Part shown: piece after piece, positions 1 to 10,394 of the stretch | Layout: each line of letters starts with the position of its first letter | Position numbering within the stretch: position 1 is the stretch's first letter | From: Lepidodermella squamata | Taxonomy: Eukaryota; Animalia; Gastrotricha | Assembly: GCA_047495785.1 (NCBI GenBank) | Contig: JBLDXI010000001.1 | Coordinates: forward strand, 3,658,001-3,722,000 | Reading direction: 5' to 3' | DNA length: 64,000 nucleotides | Made by a program: the position numbers and the translations under genes | The notes under the pieces: generated by a model | Seen by the model: only the letters and a program-made list of their open reading frames with translations | Database searches by the model: none | What the model was told of the DNA's origin: nothing

Positions 1-1116
1 ATGCATGAGCAACCGCCCCCGTCACCCTTGCCGCGCGCGACAAGCCCGGCCGGGTCCTATGGGTCTCCCACGCCGCAGCCGCCGCCTAAAATGTCCGTCG
101 TAGTCGTCGCAGCTCAACAGCAGCAACAAGTTACAAACGGCACAACAAGCGGCTCGGCGACGCCCAATTCTATATCAAACGTAGCCGTGTCACCTAAACA
201 GGGCCCACCTGGCGGGCGGTCGGGGATTCTCGTCTCCCACCGCCCGTCGACGTCTTCCATCCGCAGCGGGGCGACGCTGAAAGGCTCATCCGAGCGCATT
301 TTGTCCGTTCAGGAATCGTTCGACTCGGCCTACGAGGTTCGCCTTTACGATGAGCTAACAATAGACCCGTCTCAGGTGGTCGCGAGGGCCATGGCGAAAC
401 GGGCGCCATTGCTGAAGGGAGAATCGCTATCGGACGATAATTACTCAATCACGACGCCCACTAATAAAAAATTAGCGCCCTCGTCGTTGATTTTAGCCGC
501 GGATAGCTCCGGGGGCCCGTATTTCAGCCGTCAAGCGTCGATGGCCGGTGATTTGTCACCCGTTGAGGAGCAGCCTGGGCACGAGCATGCGTCGAACTCG
601 ACCGCATCACCTGCTCATCACCCAGCAAGTAATAACAATAATAATAATAATTCCACGCCGAAAGCGACACGCTTCGTTGAATCGCCGGTCTCGCCGCCGA
701 AGCAGAAGTCGCTGCTTTCGATTTTCAAGGAGAAACGGGTGACACTGATGGAGCAGGTGAGGGGTGCGTCACCCAAGGCGGAGGCGCCGCCGCCCCTCCC
801 GCCGCCCGCGCACTCGGCGTCGGCGCATTGCGTGCCGGAATCTGGGACATACCCAGGGTACCCCCAGCAGCAGGTGATGACGCCGCAGCAGCAACGGGCG
901 CGCCAGGCGTACCACCAGGGCGGCGTGTCGCAGTCGCAGTCGATGAATAAGATGGCGGCGCAGGGTGGCCAGTCGCAGAGCCAGACGCCGCGGCAGTCGG
1001 GCGGCGGGCCTGGTCGGGGCCGGGGTCGCGGGCCGGCAGCGGGCGGCGGCGGGCCGATATCGGTCAATGCAAATATGATGGGCCGCATGGGCATGGGTGC
1101 AAGGGGTGATTCGTGA
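1..1116 (+). CDS. 3' terminal exon of a P/Q/S/G-rich low-complexity protein, probably begins upstream of the window
   Basis: 371-codon GC-rich open frame from base 1 to TGA at 1114-1116, followed by an AT-rich 3'UTR with AATAAA near 1252; RGG-type tail; no domain recognised. Confidence 0.6.
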   Translation: MHEQPPPSPLPRATSPAGSYGSPTPQPPPKMSVVVVAAQQQQQVTNGTTSGSATPNSISNVAVSPKQGPPGGRSGILVSHRPSTSSIRSGATLKGSSERILSVQESFDSAYEVRLYDELTIDPSQVVARAMAKRAPLLKGESLSDDNYSITTPTNKKLAPSSLILAADSSGGPYFSRQASMAGDLSPVEEQPGHEHASNSTASPAHHPASNNNNNNNSTPKATRFVESPVSPPKQKSLLSIFKEKRVTLMEQVRGASPKAEAPPPLPPPAHSASAHCVPESGTYPGYPQQQVMTPQQQRARQAYHQGGVSQSQSMNKMAAQGGQSQSQTPRQSGGGPGRGRGRGPAAGGGGPISVNANMMGRMGMGARGDS

Positions 1117-2063
1117 CGTCGACAAGTTATGTCTGTTCACTACTATTTTTGTGTGTGTACTTCGACGGCACTTCTATGCAAATAATCATCAGACAAGGAT
1201 TTGACGCAAAATGCCGTTATTATATTATTATATGAACGTGAAACGATGAGAAATAAAAATCAACGCAATTTTCTTCGAACCGATTGTCTCTTATTATCAA
1301 TTACCTATAGCTCGAGTGTGTTTTGTTCAAGGAAATGCATTATGGGAATTATTTTCGAAAATTAATCCGAATTATATTTTATTTCGTCAAAATTTTTAAT
1401 ATTTTTCAATTCCCAACTTCAAGAGCTTCAAGTTTCGGGATCTAAAAATGTGTAACCCTAATATTAAGGTTCCAGCGCTAATCTGAACCCTTTTCGATTT
1501 TTTTGTGCAATTTCGGCTTTTTCTTTTTTGATGCCCCTGTAAATCCGGAAATTTTCCAACTATCAGCAAGGTAGAAATTTTTTCAAACTTGGCTTGCAAG
1601 GCTTCAGATATCGGAAAAATCACTGATTTGTAAAATCGATATCGGCTCTGCAGAGCCTCTGTGCTGGAGTCTCAAATTTACTCTGAAATCCTAAGTAATT
1701 TAGGATATACATATGTGGATATTTAGGATTAGGATATAGGATATATATGATCACACCTATTTCCTAGTCCTCATTTTTAGGACCGAATCTGGAATTTTTA
1801 CGCAGCGCGATTATCAAAATCGATTTTTCATAAGATTCGCATAATATCTGTAGGCCGCGGCAATATCGTTTGTTCGTTCCCTTGAGTTGTTAATTTTATT
1901 GGTATCAAGTGTCTTGCCCGCATTTCGGACACTTATACAAATGCGCTAAAAAATGAAAAATGCTTTGGACAAAAATCAACCAGAAAAACACTCAAAATTC
2001 TCATTAAAACAAATTTCAAGAGCTGTGTCCTTTAAAAAATTTTATTCATTTTATTTACATGTA

Positions 2064-2636
2064 TTATTCGCACAAAAATGATAGCAGCTGAGTTGGCAAT
2101 ATAATTTTTCTGACAATGCGAGTTCTTTTATCTTTCTTCGGGACACTTTTCAAAATGACGTACCGGCAAAAATCTTGCAGGCTCGAACCGGTAAGACGCG
2201 GCTCGGCGTGGTCAAGCGTGAACTGTTCAGCCTTAGCCATGAAAATCGCTCGATTTCTGGCCTGCATTTCCGCAGGAATCATGAGAAATTTCGGGTTTTC
2301 TATGTGAGAGATTATCGCCTGAATCACGCCCCGACATGAATTTGCCGGGCTCCAATCTCGGTCGCAATAACCACTGCCACAGAGACACATCGTTCCGGTT
2401 GACTGGTCGATATTAGGGTGATAGATTTTTGTCAATAACCGGCACTTGGGCGAGGTCATTGGCCAATTTTCAGGGAATTTAATTTCGACCCAAAATGCGC
2501 CTTTATTGTAAGGCGGCTGATTCGGTTGTAGTAGTACATGCCAGTGTAATGGGTTGTGATCGGCAAACGAAATTTTATAGCCACTCTCAGCCAACTCTTG
2601 GGCTTCGAATTCTAGGCGAAGTCTACCGTCATCCAT
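2064..2636 (-). CDS. UBE2L3/UbcH7-like ubiquitin-conjugating enzyme with C-terminal SOCS-box-like extension
   Basis: PPYNKGAF, KIYHPNID...GTMCL (catalytic Cys), WSPA and KAEQFT match the UBE2L3 pattern; tail SSLQDFCRYVIL...LPTQLLSFL fits BC-box plus cullin-box; ttcatAG acceptor 2 nt before ATG. Confidence 0.85.
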   Translation of the reverse strand: MDDGRLRLEFEAQELAESGYKISFADHNPLHWHVLLQPNQPPYNKGAFWVEIKFPENWPMTSPKCRLLTKIYHPNIDQSTGTMCLCGSGYCDRDWSPANSCRGVIQAIISHIENPKFLMIPAEMQARNRAIFMAKAEQFTLDHAEPRLTGSSLQDFCRYVILKSVPKKDKRTRIVRKIILPTQLLSFLCE

Positions 2637-3201
2637 ATCTATGAAATTATTAGAGCAAAGTTATAATATTGGAATTTCTCAGGTGTGTTAAATGCTTATA
2701 GAAGAGTGAAACTGCCAAAAGCTTTCAGAGATCAAGGGTCAAAGGTCGGGAAAGCGGGGGAGATAAAAGCGAGAAATTATAGATAGCAAATATATATACA
2801 AAAACACTTGCGATAAATTATTTTTCCGTCAATATCCTATTTTTTTCATGGGCGGGGAAGGCAGATATTTTCATATAGCGCTGTTGAATAAGTCTACATT
2901 CAAGCCTGTTTACGTGAGTGATAACATGTCGAGATATTTAACGATGCGCACGATACGTAGTTAAATAACGTAAACAGTCTGTAGGTGAATAATAAAGCTT
3001 CATATTATGCATTTTTTTCTTGGCAGATCCTATAATTCCTATGCCAAGAATTACGATCATCTTCAGCTGAAAGAATGAGGCTATAGAACAATACGGGGAA
3101 AAAAGCTTCTCTATTCTTGGATAATACGGAACTCTATTCTTGGAAATGCCCCACCACCGTTCTTTCTAGAGTAAACAACTCTAATTTTGGACTGCGCAAA
3201 T

Positions 3202-3480
3202 ACGGGTGCCTAATTTCGGACAAATCAAGGTAAACGTTAACCCAGCCAAATTTGGTGTCGTTCCAAAGCCCTCCATGAACTGATGACGAATATCATTGTT
3301 TATAATGTTCGTTTATCTGAGTTTCACTCATGCATGTCACCTTGAAACTCAAGCCTAAAGTAGACTTTTTAGGCCGAACTTCGTCATCAATTCATAGAGG
3401 ACTTTCGAAAGACACCATATTTGGCTGGGTTGAAGTTTACCTTGATGTCCCTTGACCCTAAAATGTCCGAATTATTGGCC
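3202..3480. mobile_element. MITE with long imperfect inverted repeats
   Basis: 3226-3290 (caaggtaaac...cccagccaaat..ggtgtc...tgatgacgaa) is the reverse complement of 3381-3445; outer ends cggg..taatttcggaca / tgtccgaattattggccg. Confidence 0.75.
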
Positions 3481-3555
3481 GAAATTTTCCAGCGAAAAAA
3501 ATTTAAAAATAATCCAGAAAATTGTTAGCAGAATTTACCTATATTTTACCTTTAT

Positions 3556-4206
3556 TGTATTACCCAGGCTCTCAGCAGTGCTCAATTGCCAACAAGAAAT
3601 CAGGGCTAAAATAAAAAAACTTTCAAACAAGGTTTTGCCTATACTTGAATAGAGCAACTTCAATACTTCGAAACATGAATTAGCTACTCTTTGAACCGCC
3701 CATGCAAAAAACCAGCATATCAATAGACCATTTGATCTGATAATTCATTCGCTTTTTATTTCAGTCATTCTCTCGACTATGAAGAAGAGGTGCATAAAAT
3801 GACACATTCAAAAACGAATAAAACATGCAGAAACAACAAATTTCTAACAGCAAAAACCCGAGTAAACGAAAGTAGATATACGAATAATTTTTCAAAAATC
3901 GCGCGTAATAATTTTGATTTTATTTCTACTTTGTTATCAAGCGTTAAATTCGAATTCTAAAAATGTAAAAATTGAGGCAAGTTTTGGCTTCGATTTTTTT
4001 ATATTTCCTATCCGTTGTCTCATTCGCCCTCTATCAAGTGGGTCTGGCTCTCAGGCGCCGAGCGCAAATAAAGGTAGGTACAGTGTATAGGTTATCGGTT
4101 TTTCTTTAACGGCAACGAACGTCTTGATATCGCCTTTGTCGCTCATCGCTATTATCGTGGCTGATTCTTCGAAATCGAACCACTCGTGCACAAAATTAGC
4201 CGCGGC
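3556..4206 (-). pseudogene. Degenerate duplicate of the adenylyl cyclase last exon and 3'UTR
   Basis: Colinear match to 9832-10566 (e.g. gaggtgcataaaatgacacattcaaaaacgaataaaacatgca; cggcaacgaacgtcttgatatcgcc) with indels. Confidence 0.85.
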
Positions 4207-4209
4207 ACG

Positions 4210-4333
4210 ATGGGTTGTGATCGACAAAAACGAAATTTTATAACCACTCTCAGTTAAGTCTTGGGCTTCGAATTCTAGGCGAATCCTACCTTCTTCCTTC
4301 TCTTAATGAAGGTAATAAGGGCCAAGTTCTAAT
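4210..4333 (-). pseudogene. Fragment copy of the 5' end of the E2 gene, start codon lost
   Basis: gggttgtgatcg...ccactctcag...ttgggcttcgaattctaggcgaa matches 2551-2668; plus-strand cat (ATG) changed to ctt; frameshift. Confidence 0.85.
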
Positions 4334-5048
4334 TTTCCAAGGCGTGGCAGTAGCTAGAAACCGCCAAGACAATTGCCAAAAATCAGATGACAGTATAAAC
4401 TGCGTTGAACTGCATCAAAAAATTCCTGTAACTTCTGGAGCAATTCAAGAATTCGAATAATTATTCAGACCCCAGGCGCACAATTTCTCGAAGAGGCAAA
4501 AGAAATTTAGGTTGCACCTCAGCAGCAACATTTTGCGCCAAAGAACAAAAACTGAAACTCGAGCACATTCAAGAATCAAAATTATTGACTGCTGACCCAG
4601 CTGAATGATACCAAGAATACCGAGTCCAAAAAATGAACTTTATTTAGGAACAAAAATGTTTCCTTCAAAATGTATATTAAAACAAAACAGATAAATATGG
4701 CGGTCAAAACGTTTTCGGATTTCATCAGCTGATCGGCGATGTACAGAAATGACTTTATTATTCAATGACTAATAAGATTTGACCGAAATTAAAAATAACA
4801 TTGTTATCAAAGTCATGAAGGTTTCTAACAATTTTACAATTTAAAGAAATAGGAATAACATTAACATATTATAGGCGTATAATCGGTAAATAAACTCATC
4901 ATATTTAGAGTACCTAGTCTTCGGGAATTTTAGAGCTTAGAAAAATGAATGAATCAGTTTGCGAAGTTTAAAACATTCGTTATTGTTGGGTATGATAATA
5001 TCACGCATATATTATAATATGATAATATACGCATCATGAATCATGCAT

Positions 5049-6418
5049 TCAGTTTTCGTGGTCTGACGTAAAGTGGCCTGAAGTCGCTCGGTCATGGAAA
5101 TCGAGATTGTAACAATATGCATCTTCACAGCCGTGAGCGAATCGGCAAGTTGTTGCAGTTTTAGTGCAACCGCCGCCCGACGTGAAGTGAACACACGGCT
5201 TGCTTTTGTAGCCACGCACGCCTTTGCCGTTGTTGCGCCTGAAAAAATCGACCTCTTCCGTCGAATGCTTGTACGCACACGAGCTGCCATGCGGGCAAGC
5301 AAAACTGTACAGGCAGAGGTCGGAATACTGCTGTTTATGCTTAGGACGCTTCGAGCTGAAAACAATGTCCCATGAATCTTCATCATCCATAAATTCGTCC
5401 AAATCCCTGCTGGTGCTGGGATCCTGATATCGCCTTGCGAAAAGACGATCGTCCTCTTGAAAACGTTGCAGATACTGAACGTACGAAACTACGTCGGAGC
5501 AACCCAGTTTGGCAGCTTTTAACTTCAACTCTTTGAAATTGACAAGCTTGTTGAAGTCGTACAATTCGATCGACTCCGAAGCTGCATCATTCGCAACTTT
5601 CGGAATTCGTTGAGCAGGCATGATAATCAGGCATAAATTTTCAGAATCCAGCCATTTTGCTCTAGTTGGAAGGCGCCACTCTTTCGTGGTGCTTTGAGCC
5701 ACGCTTTCCAAAACGGCTTTGTCGTTGAGAATTTGGTCGAAGTGGAATACAAGACTGCGCTCTCGTGGTATTGGCTTATCCGGTGACCAGACGTAGTTGG
5801 CGTAACACACTCTTTCAACTCTGTCATCAATTATCGAAGTTGTCAGTCTATTCGGGTGTTTCCTTTGCAATTCCTGAATAGCTTCCGACAAAGCCGAACG
5901 GTATGACCAAACCTGTACAACAGCAATAGAACATTGATTGGTAACTGGTAACTCAGAATTTATCGCAAATTCACCTCTATTTTCCAGTTTTTTCGCTCTA
6001 GAACTTTGACGATAGCAGGGCGAACATCCCGATCGCCTGTAAGAATGATGATAGTACCACCTACTTCTTTATATTCGATGGCAGTTTCAACAATATCTGC
6101 TGTCATTTGCGTATCAACTTCCTTTTCTCGACCGTTGAACGATCGCGAAAACTTGAAAACACCAATATTTTTCTTGGCGATGCTGCGCCACAGCGTGTCA
6201 AGCGCCGGCGGTTCAGAACCGTAGAGACGACCCTCGCGACATTCCCGGTCGTCCAGCATGATTTTGCATAGTCTGCCGATGTCGACTCGAAATCGCTGGT
6301 CATGTGTCAGAGCCGGCAGAAGGCCCAGGCGCCCTGCCATCAACTTCTGCCCCTGGATGAAGAGATTGCTGTTGTCGATAAAAATCCAACACAAATCTTT
6401 AGCTTCGCTGTCGGCCAT
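5049..6418 (-). CDS. NYN (LabA/DUF88, PIN-fold) ribonuclease with two C-terminal CCCH zinc fingers; exons 6418-5975 and 5912-5049
   Basis: IFIDNSN, LYGSEPP, EKEVDTQM, LTGDRD acidic motifs; 62-nt GT-AG intron 5913-5974 joins WKIE|VWSY in frame; CLYSFACPHGSSCAYKH and CVHFTSGGGCTKTATTCRFAH. Confidence 0.85.
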
Positions 6419-7385
6419 TAGTCGATTTTTCCTGTAAAACTTGATATTAGAAACGAATGAAGTGGAAGTGCGAAGCACCTACCGCTTTGGTGGTCATTTT
6501 TTCAAAACACAGCATTGGAAATTTCAATTTTGTTTACAAATAAAAAAAATAAATTGCAATCGAAATTCATTTTAAACATGTGTGAATAAAATGCTGTTAC
6601 CCGCTACTTTTTTGTTACCCAAGAAACTACGCCGTATCCCCGGGCAATCGCCCAGAGGACACTTGACGTCGTCGTTCCTTTTTACCTTCCCGGATTTGCT
6701 ATTTGCTACCTCACTTCATCACACCTAGCTTTGTGAATTCCTCGTGGATTGCCTAAAGAGTAATGTCGAGAAACTGGAGGAGGCAAGCAAAAGATTGAGC
6801 AAACCGACTACAAGAGACCACGCTAACATCAACATCCACGTCAAGCTTTGCAATCAAGGGACCTCAAACCTAAAACTGCACATCCTAAGGGATTACCCCA
6901 GGGGTTAGCGGGCTACAAAACAAAACTTTTTGGGCAAAGTGATCACATACATTTCACACCTCCGCTTGTGGCTAGGGCGCACAGCTTTCAAATACCGTGA
7001 AAAGAGCCGTTAAATAAAATATGAATCATCATTCGATTTAAGATTAACCATCAGTTTCTTCCGTGAATTAATCGATACCGCTCGTCGCGCCATGCGAGGT
7101 CAAAAAAAATTCCCTGTGTTGCCTATTTTGAAGTATCTAATTTTGCCCCGATTTATCAGACTGGAATTGGGAACTTTTCACACCAATGTTGGAAATGTAT
7201 TTCTAATAAGATATGTGATATCTATAGGCCGAGACATCATCGTCTTTATATCATACGTACATCATAATCCCTTGATATGTTAATTCTTTATTGGTATCAA
7301 GTATCTTGCCCGCATTTCGGACACTTACTAACGCGCTAAAAAATGAAAAAGCTTTGGACAAAAATTAGCCAGAAAAACAATTATA

Positions 7386-9161
7386 CCGGGGAACGGTACA
7401 ATTTTGACTACGAAAAGGTACAACTTTGTAAAAAATTCCAGAAAATCAATCCAGGTGAATTCTTTGCAAATTTTTATACCGTTGGAATTGCCTTGTCCTG
7501 GGCATAATTGTTGTATTTTTCCACGGCCTGATTCAGGTAATTCTGAGATAAAAGGCTCGAAAGAAAGGTACAAAGATACAAAATGGACAAGCTAGTTCAA
7601 CGGAGGAGGGCTGGTTGGCAGGAAAAATGCGCCCAAGGTGTAAAAGAACTTGAACAAATTTTAGCAATAACTGAATAATGAACATTAGGGACATAAAAAA
7701 GTCCGAGAGCCATAGGATGCTCAGGTGGCGATTAAAAATTCTGTGAAGCTGAAACTATTTGGCGTTGTGCACAAGAACGCGTATGAATATCTCTGGTCAC
7801 ACGACCGCGCGAAATTCAAAACCCGCCAAGCCTCGAAGTTTTAAACGCGATTTCCTGCGAAAAAAGTGTCAAATAAAACGAAATTAAAATATCAGTACTA
7901 GTATTTGTTATTAATTTTAATAATAATTTTGAATTACAAAAATGAGGGAAAAACTAGCGAAGATCGTAATTTTTTAATGGAAAACACCGCGATCGGTTTT
8001 TTCAATTTTGTAATACGTTGCCGTCGCCGAACCTACATTTTCGTGACGGATTCAGACTGATATCTTTCATTGAAAATTAGTTTCGCTCATTTTCATTCAT
8101 AGGCCGATTTTGCCACTTACCGGCCCTCCTCCTTTGACAACTCTATGGTAATGACCTTTTTCCACTTGATTATCTAGCGTCAGCAGTGATTCATCGTGCG
8201 CGTGGTGAAAATTGAGATTTTTTATTTGGTTTTGGATTGATATATATTCAAACGATTTTTTCAAGCGGAATATCTTTTAGCGGAACCAAATTTGCCTTTT
8301 GCGGAACCAAACTCGAAATATGCCAAGAGTCATATTTTTAATATTTCTAAGAATTTTAGGCTAAGCATGAATTCTGAATTGAACACTGCGTGTTATAGAG
8401 AATGTTGCGCTGAATTCACTGGTGAATTTTCTAGAATTATTGGGGCCAACTTTGACATGCAATAAATATCCAAAAAGCGATTTCAGGCCACTAGAAAATT
8501 CTAAAATTTGGTTCCGCTACAGCATATTTGGTTCCGATACAGCAAATTTGGTTCCGTTCACTGTAAATTTGGTTCCGGTAACAGGAAGACCCTTTTTTAA
8601 GGTATTGCTTCGAAACTTCACCAAAAATATACGATAGGTGTTAGAATCTGGGAAAACATTCTAGAACACTACTACATGAGACAGGACTCATCGAAGTACA
8701 ATTTGAAAATCGATTAAGTAATCTTTCAACGTAGTTTTTTTGAGTTGTCAAAATTTTACCTGCTGTAAAAACTCTACTGACGAGTTGTCAAAATTTCACC
8801 TCCGAATCGCTACTTTTCATGTAATTCACCTGAAACTGGCTCAATAAAATGTACTGCTCTCACCTCAATAACTACCAGCTAAACGTCAGCTTCATAAAAA
8901 TAAAAAAGTATATCTAAAACCGCCAGGGCACAGGTGAAGAGATCCAGAGAGGTGATTTTAGGTTTTTCGAGGGTTCGATTCCAAAATTCAGCAGTCAATA
9001 ATTGAATCAACTCGGGAAAACAAAATCGATGCCCTTATTCTACAGGAGCCAAGGGATTTTTTACATATTTTTCCAGAATTTTAGGAAGTCAACCGCAGGT
9101 AGGCCATTGGGTAGAAAAAAGTTGTCAAACTTGTACTTGTGAAAAGTGTACCTCTCCCCGG
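7386..9161. mobile_element. Non-autonomous TIR DNA element flanked by TA (Tc1/mariner-pogo-like ends), with nested repeats
   Basis: Left ta|ccggggaacggtacaattttgac..., right ...gtgaaaagtgtacctctccccgg|ta; it interrupts a sequence that is contiguous in the paralogous copy at about 1895-2025. Confidence 0.7.
8280..8580. repeat. Foldback-like repeat with inverted arrays of GCGGAACCAAA
   Basis: Two gcggaaccaaa at 8280-8311 and four tttggttccg at about 21-nt spacing in 8507-8576; interior is shared with about 30525-30610. Confidence 0.65.
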
Positions 9162-10394
9162 TACAAATTTCAAGAGCTACTGTAACGCGGTCCTTTTTCG
9201 GACAGGGTAATTTCGGACACTTTTGGATTTGAGCGTGAACTTCTCCTCAACTCTGGTAGATAGAAATACCGTTCAAAATGCAGGAGATGGCCCATCCTCG
9301 CATTTCACATGACATCTGACACAAGAAACATATTTGTTTCCGAAGAATGATTGTACTTCTTCGCAGATGTCCGCCGAGGTAAAAAAATTGCCACTTTTTT
9401 CAAACGGCAGTATGTTTTGCCGGAAAGAAGCGCGAAAGAAAGCGCATTTATTTTTGAATTTATTTTTGTACCTACCCTATGTTTGGAACAAATTAAAATA
9501 ACCCATTGGTCCTGAAATTCAGCCAGAGAAAACCTCCCACCGCGGCTTATTTCGGACCTTAGAGAATCCGGGTCAATATCCCCGATTATCCGGATTTGAT
9601 GATTTTTGACGCCGGATAACAACCATATCCGGGTGTCATCGGTGGACAGCGATGGATATTCGTCCTTCAACTATTCCGACCTTTGGCTGCGCCCCGGGCC
9701 TACATAGCAAGCCTTCAGGCCAATATCCATCGTGTTATCCACCTATGATATCCACCCGGATATTGTATACTATCTCACGAAACGCACAATTTTCGTTACA
9801 ATACATAATACATACTCCATCCATACCATCCTGTATTACCCATCAGTTCTCAATTGCCACCAAGAAATCTGCGCTAAACAATAAATTTACCAAAATTTAC
9901 CTATGCTTGAAGAGATACGTCAAAGAATTAATGAATAAACCACATTCCTTGAACCGCCCATGCAAAAAATCGCCCATGCATATCAAAAGACCATTTCATG
10001 TGATCGATCATTCATTCGCTTTTTATTTCAGCCATTCTCTCGACTATGAAGAAATCATTGAAGAGGTGCATAAAATGACACATTCAAAAACGAATAAAAC
10101 ATGCAAAAACAACAAATATATAACAGCAAAATCACGATTAAACAAAAATAGATACGACTACATCGAGGACAAGACGTTGAAACACAATTGTTCAAGATCA
10201 TCAGGCAGTGAATACATTGAGATAGACGGCAAAAATACAAGTGCTCTGTATAACATTAATTCGAAAAATTGCATTAAATAATTTTGATTCATTTCTATCA
10301 TTTATCGCTCGTAATTGCAAAAAATTATATGGATTGAGGCAAGAAGTTGAGGAAAGTTTTGGCTTCGCCTGTTTTATGCTTCCTATCCGTTGTC

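Noticed and set aside
6600-6960. GC-balanced tract upstream of the NYN gene
   Set aside because: Possibly an element remnant, but no frame or motif could be supported
8507-8576. Regularly spaced repeats as a CRISPR array
   Set aside because: Eukaryotic context, 21-nt period, no cas genes
9652-10281. 209-aa plus-strand ORF
   Set aside because: Antisense to the cyclase 3'UTR; the duplicate at 3556-4000 has frame-breaking indels; AT-rich with no domain
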